Below are positions 29,454 to 39,038 of a DNA stretch of 64,000 nucleotides, in pieces. A program made the translations under genes and the position numbers. Position 1 is the stretch's first letter. Each line of letters begins with the position of its first letter. This DNA comes from an uncultured Chlamydiales bacterium (GTDB lineage Bacteria > Chlamydiota > Chlamydiia > Chlamydiales > Rhabdochlamydiaceae): positions 1,408,001-1,472,000 of the forward strand of contig OY969554.1 of the NCBI GenBank assembly GCA_963700985.1. The letters run 5' to 3'. The notes under the pieces are model-generated. The model had not been told where the DNA came from, searched no databases, and was given only the letters and a program-made list of their open reading frames with translations.

Positions 29454-30545
29454 ATGAAAGCATCGATTAATCTTTCTGAAAAGCTTCTGCCTTTGGTTGA
29501 TCTCTGTGAGTCTGTTTTGCCCTTGCTGCCTAATAACCTCATCGACGAGGCAAATAAAGCGCGAATCAGAAATTGCGCTTTGCTATTCGACCCATTGCTT
29601 AAAACAAACCGCTTGCTTTTCGAATGTTTTTTAAAAAGCGAAAAGAGCGCCTGCGATTTTCATTTCGAATCAACTCTTACACCTGAATTACTTATTTCTT
29701 TACGAAATTCTTTATCCAAAAATCATTGGCATGAGACTTGTCATTGGAAGAGATTATCTGCTTTTTTTGAGAATTGGGCTGTAGTTGAGCAGCACGATCA
29801 AGAGCAGCCCCCCAGGATTGGAATCGAGCTGGATATAGGCAGCAATCTTAATTGGCCTCCTGGATCCAACATCTTTGTTGAACTATTCAAGTGCGAAAAA
29901 ACTCCCACAGAATTAATAGAAGCGGCTTTTTATCTTATAAATAAAGATAAACTGCATCCAAAAACTATAGATATCTTAAACAAATGCGAAAATGATTTCA
30001 TAAAAATAAACTTTGCTGGCTTTATGTTGGGTCGACAAGAAAAAGCTCTGCGTATTTCGTGTGGAAAGGCAAGTACCCCTATTTCTTCAGAAAATATTTT
30101 GGCTTATCTTCAAAACATTTCCCATCCATGTTTAGACGATCATTTGATAGATTTGCTGAATAAATTTTCCCCCTATCTTGACATCATTTCTTTTGATTTT
30201 GATGTCAGCACATTTCTACTCCCAAAAATTGGAATAAATTGCGGTATCAATAAAGAGAATCTGTTGGCCACAAAGGAATCCTGGGATTCATTTTTAGAAT
30301 TCTTGGTCTCTGAAAATTTAATCACAGATGAAAATCGATTTGAGCTTATCCATTGGATAGGAGGGAAAAAAGAACCATTTTACTCTGTGTGTGATTCACT
30401 TGATGGGCAGGGTCAGACAGGCGCCATCTACCACGCCTATCTTGTCAGAGATATCAATCATATCAAGTTCAACTATACGCCTGGCCGTGCGTTGCAGATG
30501 AAAGCCTATTTAAGAGTAAAAACCATACCTCTCGACTTTTTTTAG
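29454..30545 (+). CDS. Putative RiPP maturase 1 (possible ABBA-fold prenyltransferase)
   Basis: Directly follows the precursor; motifs FEC.L...DF, IELD, GFMLGR..LRI, FDV...PKIGIN, W..FL.FLV and R.INHIK..Y.PG...MKAYL shared with 30969-32090; the function is inferred. Confidence 0.5.
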   Translation: MKASINLSEKLLPLVDLCESVLPLLPNNLIDEANKARIRNCALLFDPLLKTNRLLFECFLKSEKSACDFHFESTLTPELLISLRNSLSKNHWHETCHWKRLSAFFENWAVVEQHDQEQPPRIGIELDIGSNLNWPPGSNIFVELFKCEKTPTELIEAAFYLINKDKLHPKTIDILNKCENDFIKINFAGFMLGRQEKALRISCGKASTPISSENILAYLQNISHPCLDDHLIDLLNKFSPYLDIISFDFDVSTFLLPKIGINCGINKENLLATKESWDSFLEFLVSENLITDENRFELIHWIGGKKEPFYSVCDSLDGQGQTGAIYHAYLVRDINHIKFNYTPGRALQMKAYLRVKTIPLDFF

Positions 30546-30654
30546 CCTTTTTCTCTGACACCAAAGAGTGCGCCCAATTTTATCGTTGTCAAAAAAAATC
30601 ACATCAACTTTACTGCAAAGATATAGAACCCTTCTCAACAGGAACAGGAAATTT

Positions 30655-30963
30655 ATGCTCAAAAAAGAAGATTTGGAAAAATTGTGGAGTCAGATTGTTA
30701 AAAGAACTTGGACTGATGAAGTTTTTAAACAGCGCTTAATAAAGAATCCAAAGCAAGTGATTAAAGACGAATATCGCATCGATGTCCCCTCAAATATAGG
30801 GATCAAAATAGTCGAAGCTCAAGCTAATGACGTAATTCTGCGCTTACCACCCAATCAAGCTTCTGAAGAATTAAGTGCGGAACAATTGAAAAAAGTATTT
30901 GCTGCCGGCGGCGAAGGTCCTAGCGATTATATTTCTGACAAGTATATTCATTATGGAAAATAG
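30655..30963 (+). CDS. NHLP-leader RiPP precursor 2 (102 aa; predicted core (GG)EGPSDYISDKYIHYGK)
   Basis: Leader is 66/84 identical to precursor 1 by manual count and ends ELSAEQLKKVFAAGG; aggaa RBS before ATG 30655. Confidence 0.88.
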   Translation: MLKKEDLEKLWSQIVKRTWTDEVFKQRLIKNPKQVIKDEYRIDVPSNIGIKIVEAQANDVILRLPPNQASEELSAEQLKKVFAAGGEGPSDYISDKYIHYGK

Positions 30964-30968
30964 AAAGC

Positions 30969-32090
30969 ATGACAGCCACAACCGGGGGCTCCAATAAATT
31001 ACTGCCCAAATTGGTGGCTCTTGGCGATTTCTGTGAATGTATCCTACCTTTGCTCCCTGATCAACTCTTCGATGGAGAAAACAGGGAGCGAATCAGAAAA
31101 TGCACCTTGTTATTCAGTCCCTCGCTTAAAACAGACTGCTTATTTTTCGAATGCGTTTTAAATACACCTGAAAGCCTAGGTGATTTCCACTTTCAATTTT
31201 CTCTAACGCCTGAACTACTCAACGCTTTGCGAGAGTCTTTTTTCGAAAATCATTGGCATGAATCTTATCGCAGAAGTGAATTAGTTCATTTTTTTGAGCG
31301 TTGGGCTAGGGAAGAGTTCTTTCATCAAATTGAGACATCGAAAATTATATTAGAATTCGATACGGGAAGTGCTCATGCCTGGCCTCCAATTCCAAATATT
31401 TTCGTAAGCTTATTTAATAGTGACAAGAGTCCAAAAGAATTAATCAAAAAAGCCCATCTCCTACTAAAAAGTGACACCCTACATGAAAAAACACTAGAGA
31501 TTCTACACGCATGTGAAACCGAATCCGTTAGGATAAATCATGTCGGTTTTATGCTAGGGCGAAGCGAGAGCCCTTTGCGCATTTCGTGCGGAAACAAAAA
31601 AAGCCCGGTTTCTTTAGAAGCTGCCTTGGTCTATCTTAAAAAGATCGGTCATCCGTGTTTAGATGAGTACTTAACCTCGCTCTTGAATAAATTTCGCCCA
31701 TTTATTGATTGCGTTTCCCTTGAGATTGACATCGGTAAAGCTCTTGCTCCGAAGATCGGAATTAACTTCATAATTGATAATAACGAGCTATCGGAGACCA
31801 AAGGATCTTGGGATTCATTTTTAAGCTTCTTAGTCTCTGAAGGGTTAATCAGCCGCCAGAATCAACACGACCTTATCTCTTGGCTAGGGGCAAGAAAAGA
31901 GCCATTTTACTCTTTAGTCGACAGCTCTGATGCACCTGGCCAACTAACTGAAATAATTGACCAGGTCATTCTTATTAGAAATATCAACCATCTCAAGCTG
32001 AGTTATTCTCCCGGCCTTGCAGTCCAAATGAAGGCTTACTTGACCAGCTTCACCACCGAGCTGTCAGCGGACTTGATCCTTTCTGTTTAA
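30969..32090 (+). CDS. Putative RiPP maturase 2 (paralog of 29454-30545)
   Basis: Same motif series as maturase 1; starts 5 bp after precursor 2. Confidence 0.5.
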   Translation: MTATTGGSNKLLPKLVALGDFCECILPLLPDQLFDGENRERIRKCTLLFSPSLKTDCLFFECVLNTPESLGDFHFQFSLTPELLNALRESFFENHWHESYRRSELVHFFERWAREEFFHQIETSKIILEFDTGSAHAWPPIPNIFVSLFNSDKSPKELIKKAHLLLKSDTLHEKTLEILHACETESVRINHVGFMLGRSESPLRISCGNKKSPVSLEAALVYLKKIGHPCLDEYLTSLLNKFRPFIDCVSLEIDIGKALAPKIGINFIIDNNELSETKGSWDSFLSFLVSEGLISRQNQHDLISWLGARKEPFYSLVDSSDAPGQLTEIIDQVILIRNINHLKLSYSPGLAVQMKAYLTSFTTELSADLILSV

Positions 32091-33151
32091 GTCTGTGAAG
32101 GATCAGCCATTTCGATGACACTAGTGGGATAAGGCATTTCGGCGCCATGCTTAGTGATAATCTCGTAGATTGAGATGAGAAGATCTTGTTTCACAGCTAA
32201 GAAAGCTTCAAGCTGCGTCTCTTGGCAGTAGGTGTCGATGTAGATATTTAGCGCATATTCTCCAAAGGCATCGAAAAAGACCATCACAGGATAGTGCGTA
32301 TCAATCTGTGAATGGGACGAGAGAAATTTTTTGATCTCATCGACTAAAGGCTTAATCTTAGAAAAATCTTCAAAGCGCACGCCGATCTTCTCTTCAAAAC
32401 GTCTGTGCGTCATACGCGAACTATTAATCACCTGCACGGTAGAGAACATCGAGTTAGGAAGATATACCGCGCGTTTCTGTTTATCGCGGATGGAGGTGAG
32501 ATACCAGCCGATCTCTTCTACATGCCCTTCAATGTTGTGATCGGGAAGAATAATGAGATCTTCTACAAAAAATGGTTTGGTAATATAGAGCATGAGGCCG
32601 CCAAAAAAGTTGGCGATCACATCTTTAGCTGCAAAACCGAGGGCCGCGGCACCAATTCCGCCAAAAGCCACAAGAGGCACAACGTTAATACCTAAAACTT
32701 GCAATACGATCAGAGCTGTTAGAATAATGATCGCAACCGTGAGAATGCGGCCGGCCATGTGGACCATGGAAGCATCGATCATCTTATATTCTTGCTGACC
32801 TTTAAGCACGAGCAGCTGCTGGACTTCCGATTTCCAGCGAATAAGTATCCAGGCAAGACAGCAGATAACCGCCGCATTTCGTAGAGGAGGGACAAACTCC
32901 AGCTCTGTACCGAAATGTTCGGCAGCAATGGAAACTACATAGGAAATGCCGAGAATCCACAAAATGGTACGCATGGGCAGCAGGCCAATTTTATCCAGCT
33001 TAGCCCTCCAATCTAGAGGATAGAGCGCAGCCCGATGGCGCGCATAGCTAATCAATCTCCTGAGGAGATAATTGAGAATCACAAGCAAGACGATGGCAAA
33101 GCCAATCTTGAAGAGCCAGATGCTATTTGCGGTAAATTCGGGCGACATCAC
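32087..33151 (-). CDS. mscS: Small-conductance mechanosensitive channel
   Basis: GGIGAAALGFAAKDVIANFFGG, KPF..ED.I, GHVEEIG and PNS. Confidence 0.9.
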   Translation of the reverse strand: MMSPEFTANSIWLFKIGFAIVLLVILNYLLRRLISYARHRAALYPLDWRAKLDKIGLLPMRTILWILGISYVVSIAAEHFGTELEFVPPLRNAAVICCLAWILIRWKSEVQQLLVLKGQQEYKMIDASMVHMAGRILTVAIIILTALIVLQVLGINVVPLVAFGGIGAAALGFAAKDVIANFFGGLMLYITKPFFVEDLIILPDHNIEGHVEEIGWYLTSIRDKQKRAVYLPNSMFSTVQVINSSRMTHRRFEEKIGVRFEDFSKIKPLVDEIKKFLSSHSQIDTHYPVMVFFDAFGEYALNIYIDTYCQETQLEAFLAVKQDLLISIYEIITKHGAEMPYPTSVIEMADPSQT

Positions 33152-33228
33152 ATATCCTCACTACTATCTTCTATAGATCAAAATGCTTTAGTTTTTTAAG
33201 ATCAAGGTTATTACAAAACGGGAGCCCC

Positions 33229-34284
33229 ATGAGTCTACCTAGAGAATCGATTTTTGTCGCAACACTGCGTTCTTTCTTCACCTCATTTGCCTCGATTCTG
33301 GGTATCCTTATCGGCATAGGTGCGATCTTTATCGTGATTATCCTCCTTTCTTCACCCACTTATGTCCCTGAAACCACAGAACTCACTATCGCCGCTGATG
33401 CCAATGGCAAACGCGAGCTGCTTCCAAGTTCTGCGCCTGTTATTTTGCGCATCAATGTACATGGCGTAATCGGCGAGCCGTTACTCGACTCAAAAACTTT
33501 TGAAAATATCCTGGTAAATTCTCAAGAAGAGACACTCAAAAATGGACGTGTAAAGGCTATCCTTCTGCACATGAATACACCAGGTGGCACTGTCACCGAT
33601 GCTGACGATATGTATCGAGCTCTTAAAGCCTATAAAGAAAAATACAAGGTGCCAGTCTACGCTTTTATCGATGGCCTTTGTGCCTCGGGTGGCGTATACA
33701 TGTCTTCCGCCACTGATCGCATCTATGCCACACCTTCAAGCGTCATCGGCTCTGTCGGCGTTATCTTAGGACCTGCATTTAACTTCAGCGGAGCAATGGA
33801 TAAAGTTGGCGTACAGTCACTTACCATTACTGAAGGTAAGGGCAAAGACGAACTCAACCCCTTTAGACCTTGGCGGCCCGATGAAGATGCCGCGCTTCGC
33901 GCAATTACCGGCAGCCTCTATCAGCGCTTCGTCCAAATTGTAACTGATGCGAGACCGGCTCTCAATAAAGAGAAACTCGTGAATGAGTATGGCGCACACG
34001 TCTTTTTGGCTGATAAAGCCCAAGAGCTCGGTTACATCGACGACGCAGATGCAGACTATAGCAAAGCTCTCAATGATCTTGCAAAAGCCGCTGGCATCAG
34101 TGACCAAACTTATCAAGTTTTCGAGCTGCAGCCAAAATTGAACTTCTTTTCATCCCTGGCTCAGAATAAACTGCCTTTCTTAGATGGAAAAATTAAGCAC
34201 GTATTCCAAATCGGACCCAACTTAAGTTCTGAAATGAGCGGCAAGTTCCTCTACCTATACCAGCCTCTTAGCGACGTGCGCTAA
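33229..34284 (+). CDS. sohB: S49 family peptidase (SppA/SohB)
   Basis: NTPGG, CASGGVY and IGSVGV; upstream of polA as in chlamydiae. Confidence 0.85.
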   Translation: MSLPRESIFVATLRSFFTSFASILGILIGIGAIFIVIILLSSPTYVPETTELTIAADANGKRELLPSSAPVILRINVHGVIGEPLLDSKTFENILVNSQEETLKNGRVKAILLHMNTPGGTVTDADDMYRALKAYKEKYKVPVYAFIDGLCASGGVYMSSATDRIYATPSSVIGSVGVILGPAFNFSGAMDKVGVQSLTITEGKGKDELNPFRPWRPDEDAALRAITGSLYQRFVQIVTDARPALNKEKLVNEYGAHVFLADKAQELGYIDDADADYSKALNDLAKAAGISDQTYQVFELQPKLNFFSSLAQNKLPFLDGKIKHVFQIGPNLSSEMSGKFLYLYQPLSDVR

Positions 34285-34303
34285 GCGGCTTGCTTCAAGG
34301 CCC

Positions 34304-36982
34304 ATGGATAAAATTTTCATCGTCGACGCGGTAAATATCCTTTTTCGCTCGTTTCATGCGATTGGGCCTATGACAAATCCGAAAGGAGAGTCGACCAATG
34401 CTCTCTATGGATTCATCCGCTCTATCAACAAGCTGATCAAAGATTATTCACCAGAGCATTTCATCGCTGTCTTCGATGGTCCCTCTAGCAAAGAGAAGCG
34501 CTCGCTCATCTATAAAGATTACAAAGCACATCGCGAAAAAATGCCGGAAGACCTCTTTCAACAACTTGAAAGAGCCATTGCCTTTTGTGAACTGGCGGGA
34601 ATTCCGCATCTCGCAGTTCCGGGAGTTGAAGCCGATGATACCATTGGCAGCATCGCACTCTGGGCTGAAAAGCAAAGCGCAAAAATTTACATCTGCTCGA
34701 GTGATAAAGATCTCTGCCAGCTCGTTTCAAAAAACATCTTCATGTTGCATGTACACAAAGACAACATGCTGGTAGACGAAGCAAAGGTCAAAGAGCTCTT
34801 CGGCGTAAACCCCAATCAGATTGTCGACCTGCTGGCGATCATGGGAGATACCTCTGATAATATTCCCGGACTCGAAGGTTTCGGTCAAAAAACCGCCGCT
34901 TCTCTTCTCTCTCAATTTGGAACACTCGATGCTCTTTTAGCACATCCAGAAAAGGTGCCCGGCGAGAAAAAGCAAGAGACTTTGCGCCGCGATAAAGAAA
35001 TTGCCCTGATGAGCCGCGAGCTTGCCAAGCTGCATACGCCTGTTGAATTCCCGCATAATGAAGAGTTTTTTAAGTTGAAAAGAGGCGATGAAGAAGCGCT
35101 CAAAGCCTTCTACCAACAGATGCACTTCATGTCGCTTTTAAAAGCCTTGGATGGAGAAAAAACTGAAACCCCAACTCCACAGGCAATAGCAGATGAGAAG
35201 GATCTCAACTACACGCTAATTAATGAGCCCGCAGAACTTACGCGTTTAATCGAAAAGCTCTCTCAAGCCAAAGAGATCTGCATCGATACTGAAACCACCG
35301 ATATCCGCCCCATGGAAGCTCAGCTAGTTGGCATCGGCTTTAGCCTTCACCCAAAAGAAGCTTGGTATGTTCCTTTCAATGGCAGCACTGCCCCACACAA
35401 GCTCCTTGAGCAGCTTCAACCCCTGCTTGAAAATCCTCTAATCGGATTTTATGGACATAACCTCAAATATGACCTGCATGTCTTACAAAATATCGGTGTC
35501 AACATAAGCAACATCAGCTTTGATACACTTTTAGCCTCTTACATGATCAATCCGCAAAATCAACGTCACAGTTTAGATACGCTGGCGCTAGAAAAATTTG
35601 GGAAAGTGAAGATCCCCATCGAAGAGCTGATCGGCAAAGGCAAAAAACAGATCAGCATGGCAGATGTGCCGCTTGCACAGATCTCACACTATTGCTGCGA
35701 AGATGTAGATTACACCGTGCGTTTGAAGCACCTTTTTGAAAAAGAGCTAGGGGAAGCCGACGTTAAAGAAGTCTTTGAGATGATCGAGTTGCCTCTCTTG
35801 CCTATCCTCGTGCGCATGGAGAGAAATGGCATCTATGTGAACATCGAAAAATTGAAGGTGATGTCGCATGAGCTCGCGCATCAGCTCCAGATTCTCGAAC
35901 AAGAGATCTGCGAAATGGCCGGCGAAACATTTAACGTCAGCTCCCCTAAGCAGCTCAGCCATATCCTTTTTGAAAAGATGGGTATCAAGCCACTCAAAAA
36001 AACCACTACCGGTTTCTCTACCAGTGCGGAAGTTTTAGAGTCTTTGAAAGACCAAGCTCCCATTGTATCTAAGGTTTTAGAATTTCGAACCTTAGAAAAA
36101 CTCCGCTCTACCTATGTCGATGCGCTTCCAGAACAGGTGAACCCGCGCACACAGCGCATTCACTGCACGTTCAATCAATCTGTGGCCGCCACCGGACGCC
36201 TCTCATCGCAAGATCCTAATTTGCAAAATATTCCTATTAGAACAGAGCTGGGCCGCAGAATTCGCGAAGCATTTGAACCCGAGAAACCTAATTGGAGCTT
36301 TGTAGGTGGAGACTATTCTCAAATTGAGCTAAGACTTCTCGCGCACTTGAGCCAAGATCCAGTACTCATCAAAGCCTTTGCGGAAGGCGAAGACGTGCAT
36401 GCCTATACCGCCTCGCTTGTATTTGATACGCCTCTTGCCCAAGTCACCTCAGAAATGCGCGCACGCGCAAAGGCCGTAAACTTTGGAATTATCTATGGCC
36501 AACAAGCGTATGGGCTCTCTGAAGTCTTGAGCATCGATTACAAAGAAGCCGCCACGTTCATCGACACCTATTTCAAACGCTACAAGCAGGTCAAAGAGTA
36601 TCTTGAATTTTGCAAGGAAAGCGCGCGCAAAACTGGCCGATCTATCACCATGACAGGCCGCATTCGTCCCATCCCCGAAATCAATAATAAAAATCCGATG
36701 ATCCGTGCGGCTGCCGAACGTCTGGCAGTCAATACACCTCTACAAGGCGCCGCTGCAGATCTAATTAAGATCGCGATGATCGACATAGATACTGAGCTGC
36801 AAAAGCACCCTGAATGGGGTATGATGATCTTGCAAATTCACGATGAATTGCTATTCGAAGTACCTGATAATCAAATAGATGCATTATCTACCTATGTCAA
36901 GAAAGCTATGGAAGGGGTCTTTACCCTCTCTGTCCCATTGGTGGTGGACATTTCCATTGGAAAAAATTGGAAGGAGTGTTAA
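34304..36982 (+). CDS. polA: DNA polymerase I
   Basis: EADD, GDTSDNIPG, DTETT, TGRLSS..PNLQNIP, DYSQIELR, AKAVNFGIIYG and QIHDEL. Confidence 0.98.
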   Translation: MDKIFIVDAVNILFRSFHAIGPMTNPKGESTNALYGFIRSINKLIKDYSPEHFIAVFDGPSSKEKRSLIYKDYKAHREKMPEDLFQQLERAIAFCELAGIPHLAVPGVEADDTIGSIALWAEKQSAKIYICSSDKDLCQLVSKNIFMLHVHKDNMLVDEAKVKELFGVNPNQIVDLLAIMGDTSDNIPGLEGFGQKTAASLLSQFGTLDALLAHPEKVPGEKKQETLRRDKEIALMSRELAKLHTPVEFPHNEEFFKLKRGDEEALKAFYQQMHFMSLLKALDGEKTETPTPQAIADEKDLNYTLINEPAELTRLIEKLSQAKEICIDTETTDIRPMEAQLVGIGFSLHPKEAWYVPFNGSTAPHKLLEQLQPLLENPLIGFYGHNLKYDLHVLQNIGVNISNISFDTLLASYMINPQNQRHSLDTLALEKFGKVKIPIEELIGKGKKQISMADVPLAQISHYCCEDVDYTVRLKHLFEKELGEADVKEVFEMIELPLLPILVRMERNGIYVNIEKLKVMSHELAHQLQILEQEICEMAGETFNVSSPKQLSHILFEKMGIKPLKKTTTGFSTSAEVLESLKDQAPIVSKVLEFRTLEKLRSTYVDALPEQVNPRTQRIHCTFNQSVAATGRLSSQDPNLQNIPIRTELGRRIREAFEPEKPNWSFVGGDYSQIELRLLAHLSQDPVLIKAFAEGEDVHAYTASLVFDTPLAQVTSEMRARAKAVNFGIIYGQQAYGLSEVLSIDYKEAATFIDTYFKRYKQVKEYLEFCKESARKTGRSITMTGRIRPIPEINNKNPMIRAAAERLAVNTPLQGAAADLIKIAMIDIDTELQKHPEWGMMILQIHDELLFEVPDNQIDALSTYVKKAMEGVFTLSVPLVVDISIGKNWKEC

Positions 36983-36984
36983 CC

Positions 36985-37578
36985 TTGCTTAAGGTTGCTG
37001 TAACAGGCGGTCTTGCTTCTGGCAAGAGCACTGTTTGTCAAATTCTTCAGGCCTGTGGTGCCTATGTCATCGATGCTGACAAGATAGTCCACAAGCTACT
37101 AACTCCTGATACAGTGATTGGTCGGCAGATCATCGATCTGCTTGGTTCCGAGATTCTCAATGATCAACAAATCGATCGAGATAAAATTGCGCAGAAAGTT
37201 TTTTCCCATCCGGAGCTTTTAGACAAACTTGAAAAATACTTGCATCCAGCTGTATTAAATGAAATTGAACATACCTACCAAAAAATCGCTGAGCAGAAAA
37301 AAGCTTCGCTCTTTGTTGCTGAAATTCCCCTATTATATGAAAGTGAAAGTCACAAATTTTTCGATCTGGTCATCGTCGTTATCTCAGATGAAAGCCTCAG
37401 CCAAGCGCGTTACACCCAGGCAACAGGGCGGCCTTCAACAGAGTATAACCTACGCATGAACAGACAATTTAAACCTCACGTGAAAGCTGCCAGAGCAGAT
37501 TACGTAATCGTCAATAACGGCACCTCCGATGAACTAAAACATCAGGTGCTCGAGCTATATCAAACTCTATCTAAGTAA
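36985..37578 (+). CDS. coaE: Dephospho-CoA kinase
   Basis: VTGGLASGKST, DADK, HPAV and EIPLLYE; TTG start after aaggag. Confidence 0.93.
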   Translation: MLKVAVTGGLASGKSTVCQILQACGAYVIDADKIVHKLLTPDTVIGRQIIDLLGSEILNDQQIDRDKIAQKVFSHPELLDKLEKYLHPAVLNEIEHTYQKIAEQKKASLFVAEIPLLYESESHKFFDLVIVVISDESLSQARYTQATGRPSTEYNLRMNRQFKPHVKAARADYVIVNNGTSDELKHQVLELYQTLSK

Positions 37579-37590
37579 CTAAGGAGCCTC

Positions 37591-38958
37591 TTGTTAATGT
37601 ACCAAGACGACGTTTCTCAAAACATCCACGAGCCTGCTAATGAAAAGCCCCTAGAAAAAGCGGCACCAGCAACTCCTCCACCAGAAAGAACCGAGCCAGA
37701 AACCATCACGCGGATTGCAGATTTGCAGCGCATGAATATTGAGCAGCTGGCGAATTTCGCACGTAACAACGGTCTTAGAAGCCTTGGAGCGCTTACCAAA
37801 TCTCAAATCGTTTTCGAAGTGGTAAAAGCCCTCTCCGAAAAACCAAATGAGGTTTTAGTCGGCGAAGGCGTGCTAGAAGTTCTGCCCGATGGGTTTGGCT
37901 TCCTACGTTCACCCAACTATAACTATCTACCTTCTGCTGAAGACATTTATGTCTCACCAGCTCAGATTCGACGTTTCGATCTGAAAAAAGGCGATACCGT
38001 TTACGGCACGATCCGCTCTCCTAAAGAGAAAGAAAAATATTTTGCCCTTCTGAAAGTCGACAAGATCAACAATAGCCCCCCAGAAAAAGCTAAAGAGCGC
38101 GTTCTGTTTGAAAACTTAACACCTCTTTATCCGAATCAGCGCCTTGTGATGGAAACGAACAAAGAAACCCTCACGACACGCGTGCTCGATCTGGCTGCAC
38201 CTATCGGAAAAGGCCAACGTGGATTAATCGTTGCACCTCCTCGCACAGGTAAAACGATCATTCTGCAAAACATCGCTAGCGCAATCGCTACGAACAATCC
38301 AGATATCGTGCTCATCGTATTGCTTATCGATGAACGGCCTGAAGAGGTTACCGACATGATGCGCGCCGTACGCGGCGAAGTGGTTTCATCTACATTTGAT
38401 GAACCCCCAGAGCGTCACGTGCAAGTAGCCGAAATGGCCATTGAAAAGGCCCGTCGCTTAGTCGAATACGGTCACGATGTCGTCATCCTGTTAGACTCCT
38501 TAACTCGTCTGGCACGTGCGTATAACACGGTTCAGCCGCATTCTGGAAAAATCTTAACCGGTGGTATCGATGCCAATGCGCTGCATAAACCGAAGCGCTT
38601 CTTTGGCGCAGCCCGCAATATCGAAGAAGGCGGCTCGTTAACCATTATTGCAACTGCGCTAATCGACACAGGTTCTCGCATGGACGAGGTAATCTTTGAA
38701 GAGTTCAAAGGTACCGGCAACATGGAGCTCGTGCTCGATCGTCGTATCGCAGAAAGACGCATCTGGCCTGCTATTGATATCGTAAAGAGCGGTACCCGAA
38801 AAGAAGAACTCCTCTACCATCCAGAAGAACTCGACAGAGTCTATCGCATGCGCCAGGCTCTTGCTGATCTTGCACCTGTGGATGCGATGAATCTTCTCGT
38901 TGGCCGCTTGAAAAAGACGAACAATAACATCGAGTTCTTACTCTCGATGAAAGAGTAG
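37591..38958 (+). CDS. rho: Transcription termination factor Rho
   Basis: [33 protein letters not shown] and FKGTGNME. Confidence 0.98.
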   Translation: MLMYQDDVSQNIHEPANEKPLEKAAPATPPPERTEPETITRIADLQRMNIEQLANFARNNGLRSLGALTKSQIVFEVVKALSEKPNEVLVGEGVLEVLPDGFGFLRSPNYNYLPSAEDIYVSPAQIRRFDLKKGDTVYGTIRSPKEKEKYFALLKVDKINNSPPEKAKERVLFENLTPLYPNQRLVMETNKETLTTRVLDLAAPIGKGQRGLIVAPPRTGKTIILQNIASAIATNNPDIVLIVLLIDERPEEVTDMMRAVRGEVVSSTFDEPPERHVQVAEMAIEKARRLVEYGHDVVILLDSLTRLARAYNTVQPHSGKILTGGIDANALHKPKRFFGAARNIEEGGSLTIIATALIDTGSRMDEVIFEEFKGTGNMELVLDRRIAERRIWPAIDIVKSGTRKEELLYHPEELDRVYRMRQALADLAPVDAMNLLVGRLKKTNNNIEFLLSMKE

Positions 38959-38975
38959 CCCATCTAAGCAATCCT

Positions 38976-39005
38976 TCCTTCTACCGAAGTTCTTCGGTAG
39001 AAGGA
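38976..39005. terminator. Hairpin between convergent rho and SEL1 gene (likely terminator)
   Basis: tccttctaccgaa-gttc-ttcggtagaagga, a perfect 13-bp stem; copies at 42702, 44525 and 45440. Confidence 0.7.
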
Positions 39006-39038
39006 GAATTGTTTTTAGGATGCTCCTAAAGCTTAAGC

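Noticed and set aside
33229-34284. SppA/SohB as the RiPP leader peptidase
   Set aside because: It belongs to the conserved sohB-polA-coaE-rho backbone and is separated from the cassette by mscS on the opposite strand.
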